Source: an uncultured Eubacteriales bacterium | GTDB lineage: Bacteria; Acidobacteriota; Aminicenantia; Aminicenantales; Aminicenantaceae | Direction of reading: 5' to 3' | Length of the DNA: 64,000 nt | Assembly (NCBI GenBank): GCA_964514305.1 | Contig: CAZEQD010000003.1 | Coordinates: 16,449 to 80,448, forward strand | Shown: positions 18,995 to 29,521 of the stretch, one piece after another | Layout of the letters: the number at the start of each line of letters is the position of its first letter | Position numbering within the stretch: position 1 is the first letter of the stretch | Made by a program: the position numbers and the translations under genes | The notes under the pieces: model-generated | What the model was told of the DNA's origin: nothing | Seen by the model: only the letters and a program-made list of their open reading frames with translations | Databases searched by the model: none

Positions 18995-21916
18995 ATGAGT
19001 TGTCATTTTAAGACCTTTGTCAGATTAATATTGGTTATCTTTATAAGCAGTTTTTTTCTTTCTCCAGCCCTTTTTTCCACTCAGAAAATTGACAAAGAAT
19101 ATACTCAGAAAATTCTTGACTACACTACTGAAAAATTTTTCCTGACAGAGTTAGTCGACCATTTACCGGCTTCTGAAACTGTTCCTTCTCCCCAGAAAGT
19201 CCTAGGCACTATCATCGGCGCTCCTAATATTCTTCATTACACAGCTGAGATAAATAAATATATGGAAGCAGTAGCTGAAGCGAGCCCCAGGGTTGAAGTT
19301 TTTTCTATAGGATTAAGTGATGAAGGCAAAGAGATGATTGCTGTAGCTGTTTCAGATGAAAAAAACATCCAGAGAATAAAGAGAATAAAAGAGATTTTGG
19401 CCCTCTTAGCTGATCCCCGTCAGATCAAAGACTCGCAGGCAGAAATTCTTATTAAAGAAGGGGTGCCAATTTATTGGATAACAGGGGCTATGCATTCGCC
19501 TGAATGTGGCTCTCCTGAAATGCTGATGGAACTTGTTTATCGTCTGGCTGTAGATGATAGCGATTTTTTTCAGACAATCCGCCATAATATGATCATCCTT
19601 ATCACTCCAGTTTTAGAGGTAGACGGCCGAGATAGATATGTAGATACCTACCTCTATAAAAAAGAGCATAAAGACAAAAAAACTCTGCCTCTTGTTTATT
19701 GGGGAAACTATGTTGGTCACGATAATAATCGAGATGCCATAGGGTTGGCCTTAAAGCTTTCTGAAAATATATTAAAAACATATTTTGAATGGCACCCCAC
19801 AGTCATGCATGACCTTCATGAATCTGTCCCCTTTCTTTATACCTCAACAGGGACTGGTCCTTATAATGCTTGGCTCGATCCAATTACTATCAACGAGTGG
19901 CAGGAATTGGCTTATGCAGAAATATCAGAAATGACCAAACGAGGAGTACCAGGAGTCTGGACTCACGGCTTTTTTGATGGCTGGGCACCCAGTTATAGCA
20001 TATACGCGGCTATGCTTCACAACTCGGTGGGCCGATTTTATGAAACCTTTGGAGGGACTGGAGCTGATACTTTGGTTCGCACAGTCGGGGCACAATCAAA
20101 AAGAGCTTGGTACCGACCTAACCCTCCTCTTAAAGCTGTTAAATGGTCTTTCCGCAATAACGTTAATCTCCAGCAGAGTGCTCTTCTTTTTGCCCTCAAG
20201 CATGTAGCTGACAATCAAATTAAGTTTCTCAAAGAATTTTATCTAAAAAGCAAACGATCCGTAGCTAAAGCCACTACTGAAGGCCCAGCAGCTTGGATAA
20301 TCCCTAAAGAAGAAGGAAAGTTTCTGGCTGTGGCTGACCTTGTCAATCTCCTGCGAAAGCATGGAGTGGAAGTTTGTCAAGCAACCAAAGATTTTACCAT
20401 TAACAAAGAGAAATACCCCAGCGGAAGCTATATAATTCGCCTAGATCAGCCTTACAGCCGCTGCGCCGACATGCTACTCGATACCCAATATTACAATCCT
20501 AATGATCCCCGTCCTTATGATGATACGGGTTGGACTCTGGGTCCTCTCTTCAATATCAAAACAGTTCGTATTATGAATCAAAAAATACTTGATGTGCCCA
20601 TGACTCTTGTGACTCAGGACGTCAAAATTAAAGGAAAAGTGATAAGGGAGAAAAACGCCATCTGCTTTGTTATTAACCACACAACCCAAAATCCATTATT
20701 TAAATTTCGCTATCAATTAAAAGACATAAAGATGCTAGCGGCTGAAACCAGTTTCAAAGCGGCTGAGAAAAAATTTAGGGCAGGATCTTTTATCATTCCA
20801 CTCCAAAGCAATCCTCCCCAAACAGTAGACCATTTAAAAAAGGCAGTAGAAGAAATAGGCCTTGTTGCCTATGGATTAAAATCAATACCTAAGGTAAAAA
20901 GCCATAACCTAGCAGTTCCGCGAATTGCTATCCTCCATACCTGGCTTTCTACCCAAAATGAAGGATGGTACAGATTGGCTTTTGAGAAACTGGACATTCC
21001 TTATTCTTATATCTCACTCCAAGATATTAGAGATACAGAAAATTTAAAAAGCAAGTATGATGTGATTCTTTTTCCACCGGTGATGTTTGGAAAAGCTCAA
21101 AGGATAGTTAATGGTATTAGTGGCGACTCACCTCTCCCCTGGAAAAAATCTGATAAATATCCCAATTTAGGAGGACCAGATTCAACAGATGACATCCGAG
21201 GAGGGATTGAACTTCAAGGAATTCTTCATCTGCAGCAGTTTATAAAAAAAGGGGGACTTTTTATTCCCATCACCAGTAATGTCAGCTTACCCATAGATTA
21301 TGGATTAGTTGAAAGTGTAGCTGTGGTTAAACCAAAAAAACTCAAAACAGCCGGAGCCATCTTACGGGCCAGGATCTCTGACCGAACCAGCCCTATTACT
21401 TATGGATACGGACCAGAATTAGGGGTACATTTCAATGGAGCTCCCCTTTTAGAAACAGGCATAAAAGCAGCCACAGGAGGAATTGATATAGAAGCGCTCA
21501 TCTCTGGTGATTCAAAAGGAAGAGCTAGTGGCCGGGGAAGCCTCAAAGACCCTGATGTCATTCAAGGCAGACCTTACAAACCTCCTAAAATAAAAGGTGC
21601 AGGCACCGGCATTCCGGCTGAATACCGAGAAATGTTAAAACTATTTATGCCTCCTGATTTGGCTAAAATCAGAGTTGTCCTCCGCTTTGATCGACAAGAG
21701 AAACTATTGATAAGTGGTTTATTGGCTGGAGGAGAAGAACTCCAAAATAGAGCTGCTGTCGTCGATGTGCCTCTGGGAAAAGGCCACATTATCTTCTTTG
21801 CCATCAATCCAATGTGGCGTTTTGAAACTAAAGGAAGTTTCTTTCTACTCTTTAATGCTTTCTTAAATTATGATAATTTAGATGCAGGGCGACCAAAGCC
21901 AAAAAATGAAAAATAA
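18995..21916 (+). CDS. Secreted M14-family zinc carboxypeptidase-like protein
   Basis: Signal peptide; GAMHSPE Zn motif, GHDNNRD, HDLHE, PYDDTGWTL; C-terminal glutamine-amidotransferase-like domain. Confidence 0.85.
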   Translation: MSCHFKTFVRLILVIFISSFFLSPALFSTQKIDKEYTQKILDYTTEKFFLTELVDHLPASETVPSPQKVLGTIIGAPNILHYTAEINKYMEAVAEASPRVEVFSIGLSDEGKEMIAVAVSDEKNIQRIKRIKEILALLADPRQIKDSQAEILIKEGVPIYWITGAMHSPECGSPEMLMELVYRLAVDDSDFFQTIRHNMIILITPVLEVDGRDRYVDTYLYKKEHKDKKTLPLVYWGNYVGHDNNRDAIGLALKLSENILKTYFEWHPTVMHDLHESVPFLYTSTGTGPYNAWLDPITINEWQELAYAEISEMTKRGVPGVWTHGFFDGWAPSYSIYAAMLHNSVGRFYETFGGTGADTLVRTVGAQSKRAWYRPNPPLKAVKWSFRNNVNLQQSALLFALKHVADNQIKFLKEFYLKSKRSVAKATTEGPAAWIIPKEEGKFLAVADLVNLLRKHGVEVCQATKDFTINKEKYPSGSYIIRLDQPYSRCADMLLDTQYYNPNDPRPYDDTGWTLGPLFNIKTVRIMNQKILDVPMTLVTQDVKIKGKVIREKNAICFVINHTTQNPLFKFRYQLKDIKMLAAETSFKAAEKKFRAGSFIIPLQSNPPQTVDHLKKAVEEIGLVAYGLKSIPKVKSHNLAVPRIAILHTWLSTQNEGWYRLAFEKLDIPYSYISLQDIRDTENLKSKYDVILFPPVMFGKAQRIVNGISGDSPLPWKKSDKYPNLGGPDSTDDIRGGIELQGILHLQQFIKKGGLFIPITSNVSLPIDYGLVESVAVVKPKKLKTAGAILRARISDRTSPITYGYGPELGVHFNGAPLLETGIKAATGGIDIEALISGDSKGRASGRGSLKDPDVIQGRPYKPPKIKGAGTGIPAEYREMLKLFMPPDLAKIRVVLRFDRQEKLLISGLLAGGEELQNRAAVVDVPLGKGHIIFFAINPMWRFETKGSFFLLFNAFLNYDNLDAGRPKPKNEK

Positions 21917-21937
21917 AATTTTAGGGAGGAAAAATTT

Positions 21938-22669
21938 ATGAAAAAAATCCTAACTCTTTCTTTTTTATCTTTATTTTTTATGTCTCTTCTGACAGTTCCT
22001 GGTTTCTGTCAAAAAGCTTCAGACATTCTGGAGAAAATGATTGAAGCCCAAGGAGGCCGTAAGCTCCTGGAAGGAATTAAAGATACAACCGTTAGCGGAA
22101 CTATCGAAATGATTCAGTTCGGGATGAATGGTTCCTTGACAATGTACCAAAAAGAACCTAACAAAATGCGAATGGATATTGAAGTTATGGGCATGGTCAT
22201 AACTCAAGCCTTCGATGGAGAAACTGCCTGGTGGATCAATCCTCAAACTGGAAGTTCAGAAGAAATGCCAGAAAAACAAGCGGAAGACATGAAAAGGCAG
22301 GCTCTGGGCAATGATTCGCTCATCCATCCGGAGAAGTATGGCATTACTTATACGTATAAAGGCAAAGAAAAAATAGAAGGGAAAGATTATCTAGTCATAG
22401 AGCAAACTTTTTCTGATGGATTCCAAGCTACCCTCTACATTGACCCCCAAACTTATCTTACTTATAAAACCAAGGGAACTACTACCAATCAAATGGGCGT
22501 AGAAGTAGAAGGTGAGACCTATTTTTCTGATTATAAAAAAGTTGAGGGCATGATGGTTCCCTATACTCTAACTATTTACCAGGACGGAGAAGAATTTATG
22601 AAAATGTCAATTACTGAAGTAACCTTCAATTCTAGCCTCGAAGACGACCTCTTCAAAATGAGTGAATAA
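21938..22669 (+). CDS. LolA-like / outer-membrane lipoprotein-sorting family protein
   Basis: Signal peptide; ILEKMIEAQGG, QAFDGETAW, YSDYKKVEG.MVP pattern. Confidence 0.65.
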   Translation: MKKILTLSFLSLFFMSLLTVPGFCQKASDILEKMIEAQGGRKLLEGIKDTTVSGTIEMIQFGMNGSLTMYQKEPNKMRMDIEVMGMVITQAFDGETAWWINPQTGSSEEMPEKQAEDMKRQALGNDSLIHPEKYGITYTYKGKEKIEGKDYLVIEQTFSDGFQATLYIDPQTYLTYKTKGTTTNQMGVEVEGETYFSDYKKVEGMMVPYTLTIYQDGEEFMKMSITEVTFNSSLEDDLFKMSE

Positions 22670-22734
22670 ATTAAAGAAATCGCCTAGCCTCAGCTATAAA
22701 ATGTAAACTTCAAAGGGTAAAACATTAAATAAAT

Positions 22735-22762
22735 GTAGGGTTTGCTGTCCCCAGCGGGCCGT
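22735..22762 (+). repeat. GTAG-class REP palindrome
   Basis: GTAG-GGTTTGCTG-TCCC-CAGCGGGCC-GT between convergent genes. Confidence 0.75.
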
Positions 22763-22827
22763 CTAAATTTTATAGCGGACAAAACACAAACCGGAAAAAA
22801 TAATAAAAATCCCTTAATCAAGGCAAG

Positions 22828-23742
22828 TTACATCTCGATTTCTTCCAGGACGTTATAAGCAAGCCTTAAGGCCCTCAGTCCTTCCTCGCCACTGACTTTA
22901 TCTGTTTTTCCTTTTCTGATGCACTTAAAAAAGTTCTTGAGCTCTTTTTTCAAAGGCTCTTCTTTATTTATTCTTAAAGTCTTAATGTCAGTTTGACAGC
23001 CATTTAAAGGAAAAATCTTCACTTCCTGGTCAATGTAATCAATGGAATAATAGGAGGTAGGTTCAAAGATCCGCAATTTTCTCACTTTTCCCTGGTGAAC
23101 TCGGCTGGCTGTAAGAGTAGCGATGCATCCTGATTTAAATTCCAAGCGGGCACTGGCAATGTCAATCTTTTCGGAGAGGACATGAATCCCGGAAGATCGG
23201 ATAACATTGACCTCATCTTTGATAAGAGCCAAAATAATATCAAGATCATGGATCATAAGATCAAGGACAACATCTATATCCAAAGAGCGGGCTGAAAAAG
23301 AACCTAACCTTTGAACTTCAATAAATTTAGGCTCTGTTATCATATTTTCAATGGATTCCACAGCCGGATTAAATCTTTCTAAGTGTCCAACTTGGAGAAT
23401 AGCACCTTTTTTCTTAGCCATCTCTACCAACTTTTCTCCCTGGGCAACACTCTCAGTAATGGGTTTCTCCACCAAAACTGATTTGCCTGCTTCTAAGAGC
23501 TTCATTGAGATTGAAAAATGCTCTGAAGTGGGTGTGGCCACAATAGCCGCCTCAATCTCATCCAGCATATTTTCATAATTCTGATAATATTGGACTCCGT
23601 GGCGGTTGCCAATCTGCATGGCTTTTTGAAAATTAATATCGGCCACTCCTCTGAGCTCAGCCTCTTCCAAATAGGATAAAATTCTGGCATGTTGCATGCC
23701 TAAATATCCAACTCCAATTATTCCTACTTTTATTTTATCCAT
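22828..23742 (-). CDS. Gfo/Idh/MocA oxidoreductase, GnnA-like (putative UDP-GlcNAc 3-dehydrogenase)
   Basis: GIIGVGYLG, LVEKP, VGHLERFNPA, VVLDLMIHDLD; last gene of the lpxA-lpxI operon. Confidence 0.75.
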   Translation of the reverse strand: MDKIKVGIIGVGYLGMQHARILSYLEEAELRGVADINFQKAMQIGNRHGVQYYQNYENMLDEIEAAIVATPTSEHFSISMKLLEAGKSVLVEKPITESVAQGEKLVEMAKKKGAILQVGHLERFNPAVESIENMITEPKFIEVQRLGSFSARSLDIDVVLDLMIHDLDIILALIKDEVNVIRSSGIHVLSEKIDIASARLEFKSGCIATLTASRVHQGKVRKLRIFEPTSYYSIDYIDQEVKIFPLNGCQTDIKTLRINKEEPLKKELKNFFKCIRKGKTDKVSGEEGLRALRLAYNVLEEIEM

Positions 23743-23759
23743 CGAAAATCACCTTCTTA

Positions 23760-24563
23760 TTATTTCTTGGCAATGATTGAAATATGATTTACATCTGCCA
23801 GTTTAATAGCTGCTTCTTTCTGAAAAAAAGGCATAATCTCAGCTTCAAAACAAAGGGCTCGACTTCCAACCTCGACCATAACTTCCAAAGTCTTCAGCCC
23901 AACCGCAGGCAAATCTACTCTTGCATCCTGTCGAGTTCGGGCTGCTTTAACAACGACTGTGCCTGGCCCCGCTAACAGGCCAGCTCTTTTTATAGTCCTA
24001 TCAGTTCCTTCCATTCCCTCCACAGCCACTACCGCCTTATCTTTGACCACAAGTGTTTGGCCTATATCCCAATCTGCTATCTTTTTGGCCATTTTCCAGC
24101 CAAAAGCAACATCCTCTTCTATCAAAGGAGAAGGTTTGGTTACTGTTAAGATTCCTTCCTTACAAACCAAAGAAGAAAGAAGAAAAAAGGGACTTTTAAT
24201 CTTGATGCCTTTCTGCTCTAAATAATCAATAATAGCTTTTAAAAGAGCGGTGGGACTTCTTGGCTTATTTTTATCAAGAAAAGGGAAAGAGGCTAAAGAA
24301 AAATCATCAAAATTATATATTATTCGATGATCTATCTTCCCGGCCAAAACAGCTTCGCTAACGCCTAAAGCATTAAAAAAGGAAATAATATTTTGGATAT
24401 CTTCTATTCCGAACCATCGAAGGTCCACTTCTTCCAGAATGCTGGCCTCAGCTTCGCCCTCAATAGCGGCCACAGCACATTTATACCCAAGCTTCTTCGC
24501 CTCCTCGACAACCAACCTCGGAAACTCACCGGATCCAGCTATTATTCCTAATTTATTTTCCAT
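23760..24563 (-). CDS. lpxI: UDP-2,3-diacylglucosamine diphosphatase LpxI
   Basis: LGIIAGSGEFP, DIGQTLVV, VEGMEGTDRTI.R, VDLPAVG; follows lpxA. Confidence 0.9.
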   Translation of the reverse strand: MENKLGIIAGSGEFPRLVVEEAKKLGYKCAVAAIEGEAEASILEEVDLRWFGIEDIQNIISFFNALGVSEAVLAGKIDHRIIYNFDDFSLASFPFLDKNKPRSPTALLKAIIDYLEQKGIKIKSPFFLLSSLVCKEGILTVTKPSPLIEEDVAFGWKMAKKIADWDIGQTLVVKDKAVVAVEGMEGTDRTIKRAGLLAGPGTVVVKAARTRQDARVDLPAVGLKTLEVMVEVGSRALCFEAEIMPFFQKEAAIKLADVNHISIIAKK

Positions 24564-24565
24564 TC

Positions 24566-25366
24566 TTATCCTGTTTTCTTAATAATTCCCCGTTTTGAAG
24601 AGTTGATAAAATTAATTATTTCGTCCCTATCTTCTCCAGGTTTGAAATTTTCTTTCATCTTTTCTAAAGCTTGGCTGGTATTCAACTCAGAATAGAATAT
24701 GATTTTAAACATTTCCTTGAGATTTTTTATTCTTTCCCTGGAAAATCCTTGCCGCCGCAGTCCGACAGCATTAAGCCCGAGGACAAAGGGCGGCCGAGCT
24801 CCGGCTACCCGAGAAAAAGGAAGAACATCTTGGGTGATGACCGAAGAACCTCCAATATAGGCATATTTTCCTATGCGGCAGAACTGATGAACACCGCTCA
24901 AAGCGCCAACTGTGGCCAAATCATCCACCAGAACATGGCCACCTAAGGTAGCTCCATGTAAAAATATCGTCTGGTTGCCAACCTTACAATCATGAGCTAT
25001 ATGAGAATAGGCCATAAAATAATTATCGTTACCAATTATTGTCTGGCCTCCGCCTTTTATCGTTCCTCTGTTAATAGTTACAAACTCCCTGAAAACATTG
25101 CGGTCACCTATTTTTACTATTGTCTCCTCTCCTTTATATGTTACATCCTGGGGTTCAGTCCCAATAGAGGAAAAGGGAAAGAAGGAGCAGTCTTGACCGA
25201 TTTCTGTCAAGCCGCTGATGAAGACATGAGCTTCGAGGCGAGTATTTTTCCCTATTTTTACTTTTTCCCCAACACAGGAGAAAGGACCAACGATTACTCC
25301 TTTATCCAGCTGAGCTTTAGGATGAACAATGGCTGTAGAGTGAATAAAAATTTCTTCTTCATTCAT
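24566..25366 (-). CDS. lpxA: UDP-N-acetylglucosamine O-acyltransferase
   Basis: Hexapeptide repeats, PQDVTYKG, TINRGT, MAYSHIAHDC, GVHQFCRIG; Gly at the position of E. coli ruler residue G173. Confidence 0.95.
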   Translation of the reverse strand: MNEEEIFIHSTAIVHPKAQLDKGVIVGPFSCVGEKVKIGKNTRLEAHVFISGLTEIGQDCSFFPFSSIGTEPQDVTYKGEETIVKIGDRNVFREFVTINRGTIKGGGQTIIGNDNYFMAYSHIAHDCKVGNQTIFLHGATLGGHVLVDDLATVGALSGVHQFCRIGKYAYIGGSSVITQDVLPFSRVAGARPPFVLGLNAVGLRRQGFSRERIKNLKEMFKIIFYSELNTSQALEKMKENFKPGEDRDEIINFINSSKRGIIKKTG

Positions 25367-25835
25367 TCAGTTCCTCAAGCTCTAAAACAGAAGCCATTAT
25401 CTCAGCTTCAGCAACAACTTCTCCTTCAACCAGAGCTTCGGCTTTTATTTGACATATCTTGTTTTTGAGTTTCAAAAGCTCTACTTTTAAAATGAGCTGA
25501 TCTCCAGGAATAATTGTCTTCCTAAATTTTGCTTTGTCCACTTTACTCAGAAAAACCATCTTTGTTTCGGGGTTAGAGACTGAATGAAAAAGAAGAATGC
25601 CCCCAGCCTGAGCCAGAGCTTCAATTACTAAGACCCCAGGCATTACTTTTAGCCGGGGAAAATGACCCTGGAAAAAAGGCTCATTATAGGTAACATTTTT
25701 TATGGCCGTAATTGAGCGGCCTTTTTTTATATCCAAGACTCTATCTACCAACAAAAAAGGATAGCGATGAGGAAGAATCTTTAGGACTTCTTGGATATTC
25801 AATAATCCTTTACTTTGTTTTCGATTTTGAGGCAT
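25359..25835 (-). CDS. fabZ: 3-hydroxyacyl-ACP dehydratase
   Basis: LPHRYPFLLVD, FFQGHFP, MPGVLVIEALAQ. Confidence 0.96.
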   Translation of the reverse strand: MPQNRKQSKGLLNIQEVLKILPHRYPFLLVDRVLDIKKGRSITAIKNVTYNEPFFQGHFPRLKVMPGVLVIEALAQAGGILLFHSVSNPETKMVFLSKVDKAKFRKTIIPGDQLILKVELLKLKNKICQIKAEALVEGEVVAEAEIMASVLELEELNE

Positions 25836-26349
25836 CGTATCTTTTAATTACTTCCTGAGTGAGATCGACAGCAGGATTGAAGTAAATAGCTCCACTATTA
25901 GCTAAATCAAAAATAATATCCAGCTTTTTTTCTTTTCCGATTTGCTCAATGATGGGCAGCAGCTCACTTTGGACTTTGTTAAAAAGCCTCATCTGAAGAT
26001 CCTGCAGCTCTTTAACTGAGTCTTCGGCAAAACGTTTTCTTTCTGTCTGCTTTTTATCCAAATCTGAGCTGATTTGAAGGAGAGCTTCATTAGTTAAGGT
26101 CAACCGCTGCGTATTAAGTTTAGTTTGCAGTTGACGAATTTCATCATCAAGTTTGGCTAATTTGTCTTGGTTGCTCTTCCTTTTTGTTTCAAGCTGGGAG
26201 ATAGCTTTTTTCCCCTCTACAGATTGCTGCAATACCTGTTGAGAATTGACCACTCCAATCTTAAATGGCTCCTGAGCGTAGCTTAAAGAAAACAACCCTG
26301 CAGAAAAAAGGATAACAGTAAGTATTAAGCAACTGCTTCTTTTGGTCAT
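25810..26349 (-). CDS. skp: OmpH/Skp periplasmic chaperone
   Basis: Signal peptide, KIGVVNSQQVL, coiled-coil body, DLT.EVIKRYD; between bamA and fabZ. Confidence 0.9.
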   Translation of the reverse strand: MTKRSSCLILTVILFSAGLFSLSYAQEPFKIGVVNSQQVLQQSVEGKKAISQLETKRKSNQDKLAKLDDEIRQLQTKLNTQRLTLTNEALLQISSDLDKKQTERKRFAEDSVKELQDLQMRLFNKVQSELLPIIEQIGKEKKLDIIFDLANSGAIYFNPAVDLTQEVIKRYDASKSKTK

Positions 26350-26390
26350 CTTAGGCCTCCTTAATTTATTTCGAAATCGTGTAATTTAAA

Positions 26391-28709
26391 CTAAAAAGTG
26401 GTTCCAATCGCAAAACGAAAAGCGAAATTAGAATCACCCGGGTATATTTTAGGAGAATTATAAGAAAAAATCAGTCTAAAAGGGACACGTAGAGCAGGGA
26501 CAAATATCCTCATTTCCAATCCTTTAGAGGAATAGAGTTTCTTAAAATCGAGTTTCTGCTCAGCCAGAAAAGAATTACCTATATCATAAAATAAGATAGC
26601 GTAAAGGGGACCTCCTATGGGAATTATATATTCAGCGTTGAACACAATAGATTTTTCACCACCTATGTTGCTTCCATATTCACTCCGAGGGCCAATACTA
26701 TAAATCTGATAGCCTCTAATTGAGCGTTCTCCTCCCAAATAGAATCTTTCCCAGATAGGAACGTCTGAACCCTTCAATGTTTTAATAAATTGATATTCAG
26801 CATGGAATCCGACTACATGATTTTTAATAAGAGGATGAAAAAACGTCCATTCAAAGCGAGGCTTGATGAGACTGATATCACCGCCAAGAAAAGAACCAGC
26901 AAACTTACAAGAAACTGAATACAAAGTTCCTCGAGTTGGAGTTAAAGGACTATCGACAGTAGAGCGATAAACAACTGGAAACAAGCTGCTAACCTTATAA
27001 TTTCCCATCCACATCGAATAGTAGAAAGGATTATAACCATGATATCCATCCTCAGATTGTTGAGGTGTATTGATGTTTATATATTGATAGGTATAAGTTA
27101 AGCTGGCCCGCCAGTAGCCTCTAAGTCTGGCCCCAACTGTAAGGTCGATGCCTTTATCTTTTCTATCAAAAAGATAAGGATAAATCATATATCTATTATA
27201 GACATTGAAACCTAAGGTCACAGGATAGTCAAGAAAATAAGGTTCGGTAAAACCGAAAACATAATTTTTTATTCTTTTTCCGTACTGAAACATAATTTGC
27301 AGATTTTCCCCAGCCCCTAAAAAATTAACTGTTGAATAACTGGCTGAAATGAATGTTCCATAATAGCCACTATAGCCAGCTGAGAACTGAATGTTATTCC
27401 GCTGCAGCTCTTTAACATTGAGAGTAACATCAATTTGGGTGGGATCCTTGGGATTGGGTTTTATATCTGGCTCTTTCTCTAGTTCCACTAATCCTAACTG
27501 TTTCATCCTCAGGATACTATCTTTAAACAGAGCTAAGCTGAATCTGTCTCCTTCTCTAAGAAGAATCTCTCGTCTTATAACTTTATCTTTGGTGTAAGTA
27601 TTTCCCCTGATCTCCAAGCGATGCAGGTAAGCAACTTCTCCTTCGTATATCTGGAAAGTGACATTAACCCTTTTATGTTTAGGGTCAAGATTCTCGACTG
27701 GCATTATTTGAGCATAAAGATAACCGGCATTTCGATAAATTTCTCCTATGTCTTCACTACTCTTCTCTCTAACTTTAGTGCTGTAGATTTGTCCTTTTTT
27801 CAACTTGATAAGCTTGCGTAAATACTTAGTAGCAATTATTTTGTTCCCTTCTATCTTGACCTCACCGACAAAATAACGATAGCCAGCATCAACTGGAATT
27901 ATAATCTTTTTCATTTTTTCTTTTTTTAGGAAAATTGTTCTTCTGGTTATATCCTCAATTCGAGGTTCACCAATAACAGCTTCCATATAGCCGTGCTCCT
28001 GGAGTTTACTTCTGATACTGGCCAAATCTTCTTTAAGCTTATTCTTTTTAAAAACATCTTTACCTGTAATCCAGGAGATCAGACCATATTTTTTGTTTTC
28101 CTTCATAGCTTCCCTAAGAATACTTTGAGGGAGTTTTGGTTTGCCTTCAAAAACAACTTCACCTACTTTAATTTTAGGTCCTTCCTTAATGTTAAAGACA
28201 ACTTCAAGCTCATTTTTACCTGTCTTGTTAACATCAACCTTAACTTCCCCTGCCTGGAGGCCTTTTTCTTGCAATAGTTCTTCAATTGTTTTCTTTATTT
28301 TCTGAATTTTGTAAGGATTATAATAAGAATAAGGTAAGATGTACTCGTCTTTCTCCTTCAATTTAGTGACAATATCGTCCTCTTTAAGCTTTTTTCCTGT
28401 CTTGTAAATAATATTCTTTACAACTGGATTTTCTTCAACAATTATTTTGACAATTTTACCCTTCGTCCCTTCTTCCCTTTCTATTTTAATATTAGAAAAA
28501 AAGCCAGTTGACCAGAGCACTCTAAAATCTCTTCTTAATAAATCTTCGTTATAATAATCACCTTCTCTGGAAGAAAGGTAGTAAAGAATTGTTTCCTTGG
28601 TTACTCTCTCATTTCCGATTATCTCAATTTTTTCGACAATCTCCTGCCCGAAAAGAGAAAGAGAAATAGTTATTAAAAAAATACCTAAAATCAATCTTTT
28701 CATTGTCAT
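26391..28709 (-). CDS. bamA: Outer-membrane protein assembly factor BamA
   Basis: POTRA repeats (GNTYTKDKVIRRE), FYLGGERSIRGY, C-terminal FAIGTTF. Confidence 0.95.
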   Translation of the reverse strand: MTMKRLILGIFLITISLSLFGQEIVEKIEIIGNERVTKETILYYLSSREGDYYNEDLLRRDFRVLWSTGFFSNIKIEREEGTKGKIVKIIVEENPVVKNIIYKTGKKLKEDDIVTKLKEKDEYILPYSYYNPYKIQKIKKTIEELLQEKGLQAGEVKVDVNKTGKNELEVVFNIKEGPKIKVGEVVFEGKPKLPQSILREAMKENKKYGLISWITGKDVFKKNKLKEDLASIRSKLQEHGYMEAVIGEPRIEDITRRTIFLKKEKMKKIIIPVDAGYRYFVGEVKIEGNKIIATKYLRKLIKLKKGQIYSTKVREKSSEDIGEIYRNAGYLYAQIMPVENLDPKHKRVNVTFQIYEGEVAYLHRLEIRGNTYTKDKVIRREILLREGDRFSLALFKDSILRMKQLGLVELEKEPDIKPNPKDPTQIDVTLNVKELQRNNIQFSAGYSGYYGTFISASYSTVNFLGAGENLQIMFQYGKRIKNYVFGFTEPYFLDYPVTLGFNVYNRYMIYPYLFDRKDKGIDLTVGARLRGYWRASLTYTYQYININTPQQSEDGYHGYNPFYYSMWMGNYKVSSLFPVVYRSTVDSPLTPTRGTLYSVSCKFAGSFLGGDISLIKPRFEWTFFHPLIKNHVVGFHAEYQFIKTLKGSDVPIWERFYLGGERSIRGYQIYSIGPRSEYGSNIGGEKSIVFNAEYIIPIGGPLYAILFYDIGNSFLAEQKLDFKKLYSSKGLEMRIFVPALRVPFRLIFSYNSPKIYPGDSNFAFRFAIGTTF

Positions 28710-28825
28710 TTCTCTTATACCATAACGACCCTATTTTTTCAAAAGGAAGGAACGCATTTCTGTATTCATGGTGAGTGAAGATTCTCCAGAGGAAGAAAAC
28801 TGCCTCGGTTCGTCTTTAGGTATTA

Positions 28826-29521
28826 TTAATAACTTTCCTCAGAGCTTAAAAGTTTCAAGTTCCCCTCTTCCATAAGATAAATCTGATGACAAAACTGAGC
28901 CACTTTCTCATTATGGGTAACTATTATAGAAGAAAGGCCTTTCCTCTGATGCAAATCACGGATAAGCTCCAAAATCTTCCTGCCTGTTTTCCAGTCTAAA
29001 TTCCCAGTGGGTTCATCGGCTAATAGAAGCTTAGGTTCATTAACTAAAGCCCTAGCGATGGCTACTCGCTGTTGTTCTCCTCCAGAGAGGAGATTAGGCC
29101 TGAGGTCAGCTTTCTCTTCCAACGATACCTCTTTAAGAAGGAGAAAGGCCCTTGCCAGAGCATCTTTCTTTTCGACTCCTTTGATCAATAAGGGAAAGCT
29201 TACATTTTCTAAAGCTGTAAATTCAGGCAGAAGATGATAAAACTGAAAGACAAAACCTATTTTTTTATTTCTTATCTCAGCTTTTGCCTGGTCGTTCTTA
29301 GAAAGTATATCTTCACCATCCAGAAATATCTTGCCTGCAGTTGGTTCATCGAGGAGGCCTAACAAATTAAGAAGAGTGGTTTTGCCCACACCTGAAACTC
29401 CCATGATGGCTACTAAATCTCCTTTCTGAAGCTCAAAACTAATACCTTGAAAAACACGAAGAACGCCTTGAGGTAAATGATATTCTTTTGCTAAATTCTC
29501 GACCTTAAGAATTTTATTCAT
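28826..29521 (-). CDS. lolD: Lipoprotein-release ABC transporter ATPase
   Basis: [47 protein letters not shown]. Confidence 0.9.
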   Translation of the reverse strand: MNKILKVENLAKEYHLPQGVLRVFQGISFELQKGDLVAIMGVSGVGKTTLLNLLGLLDEPTAGKIFLDGEDILSKNDQAKAEIRNKKIGFVFQFYHLLPEFTALENVSFPLLIKGVEKKDALARAFLLLKEVSLEEKADLRPNLLSGGEQQRVAIARALVNEPKLLLADEPTGNLDWKTGRKILELIRDLHQRKGLSSIIVTHNEKVAQFCHQIYLMEEGNLKLLSSEESY

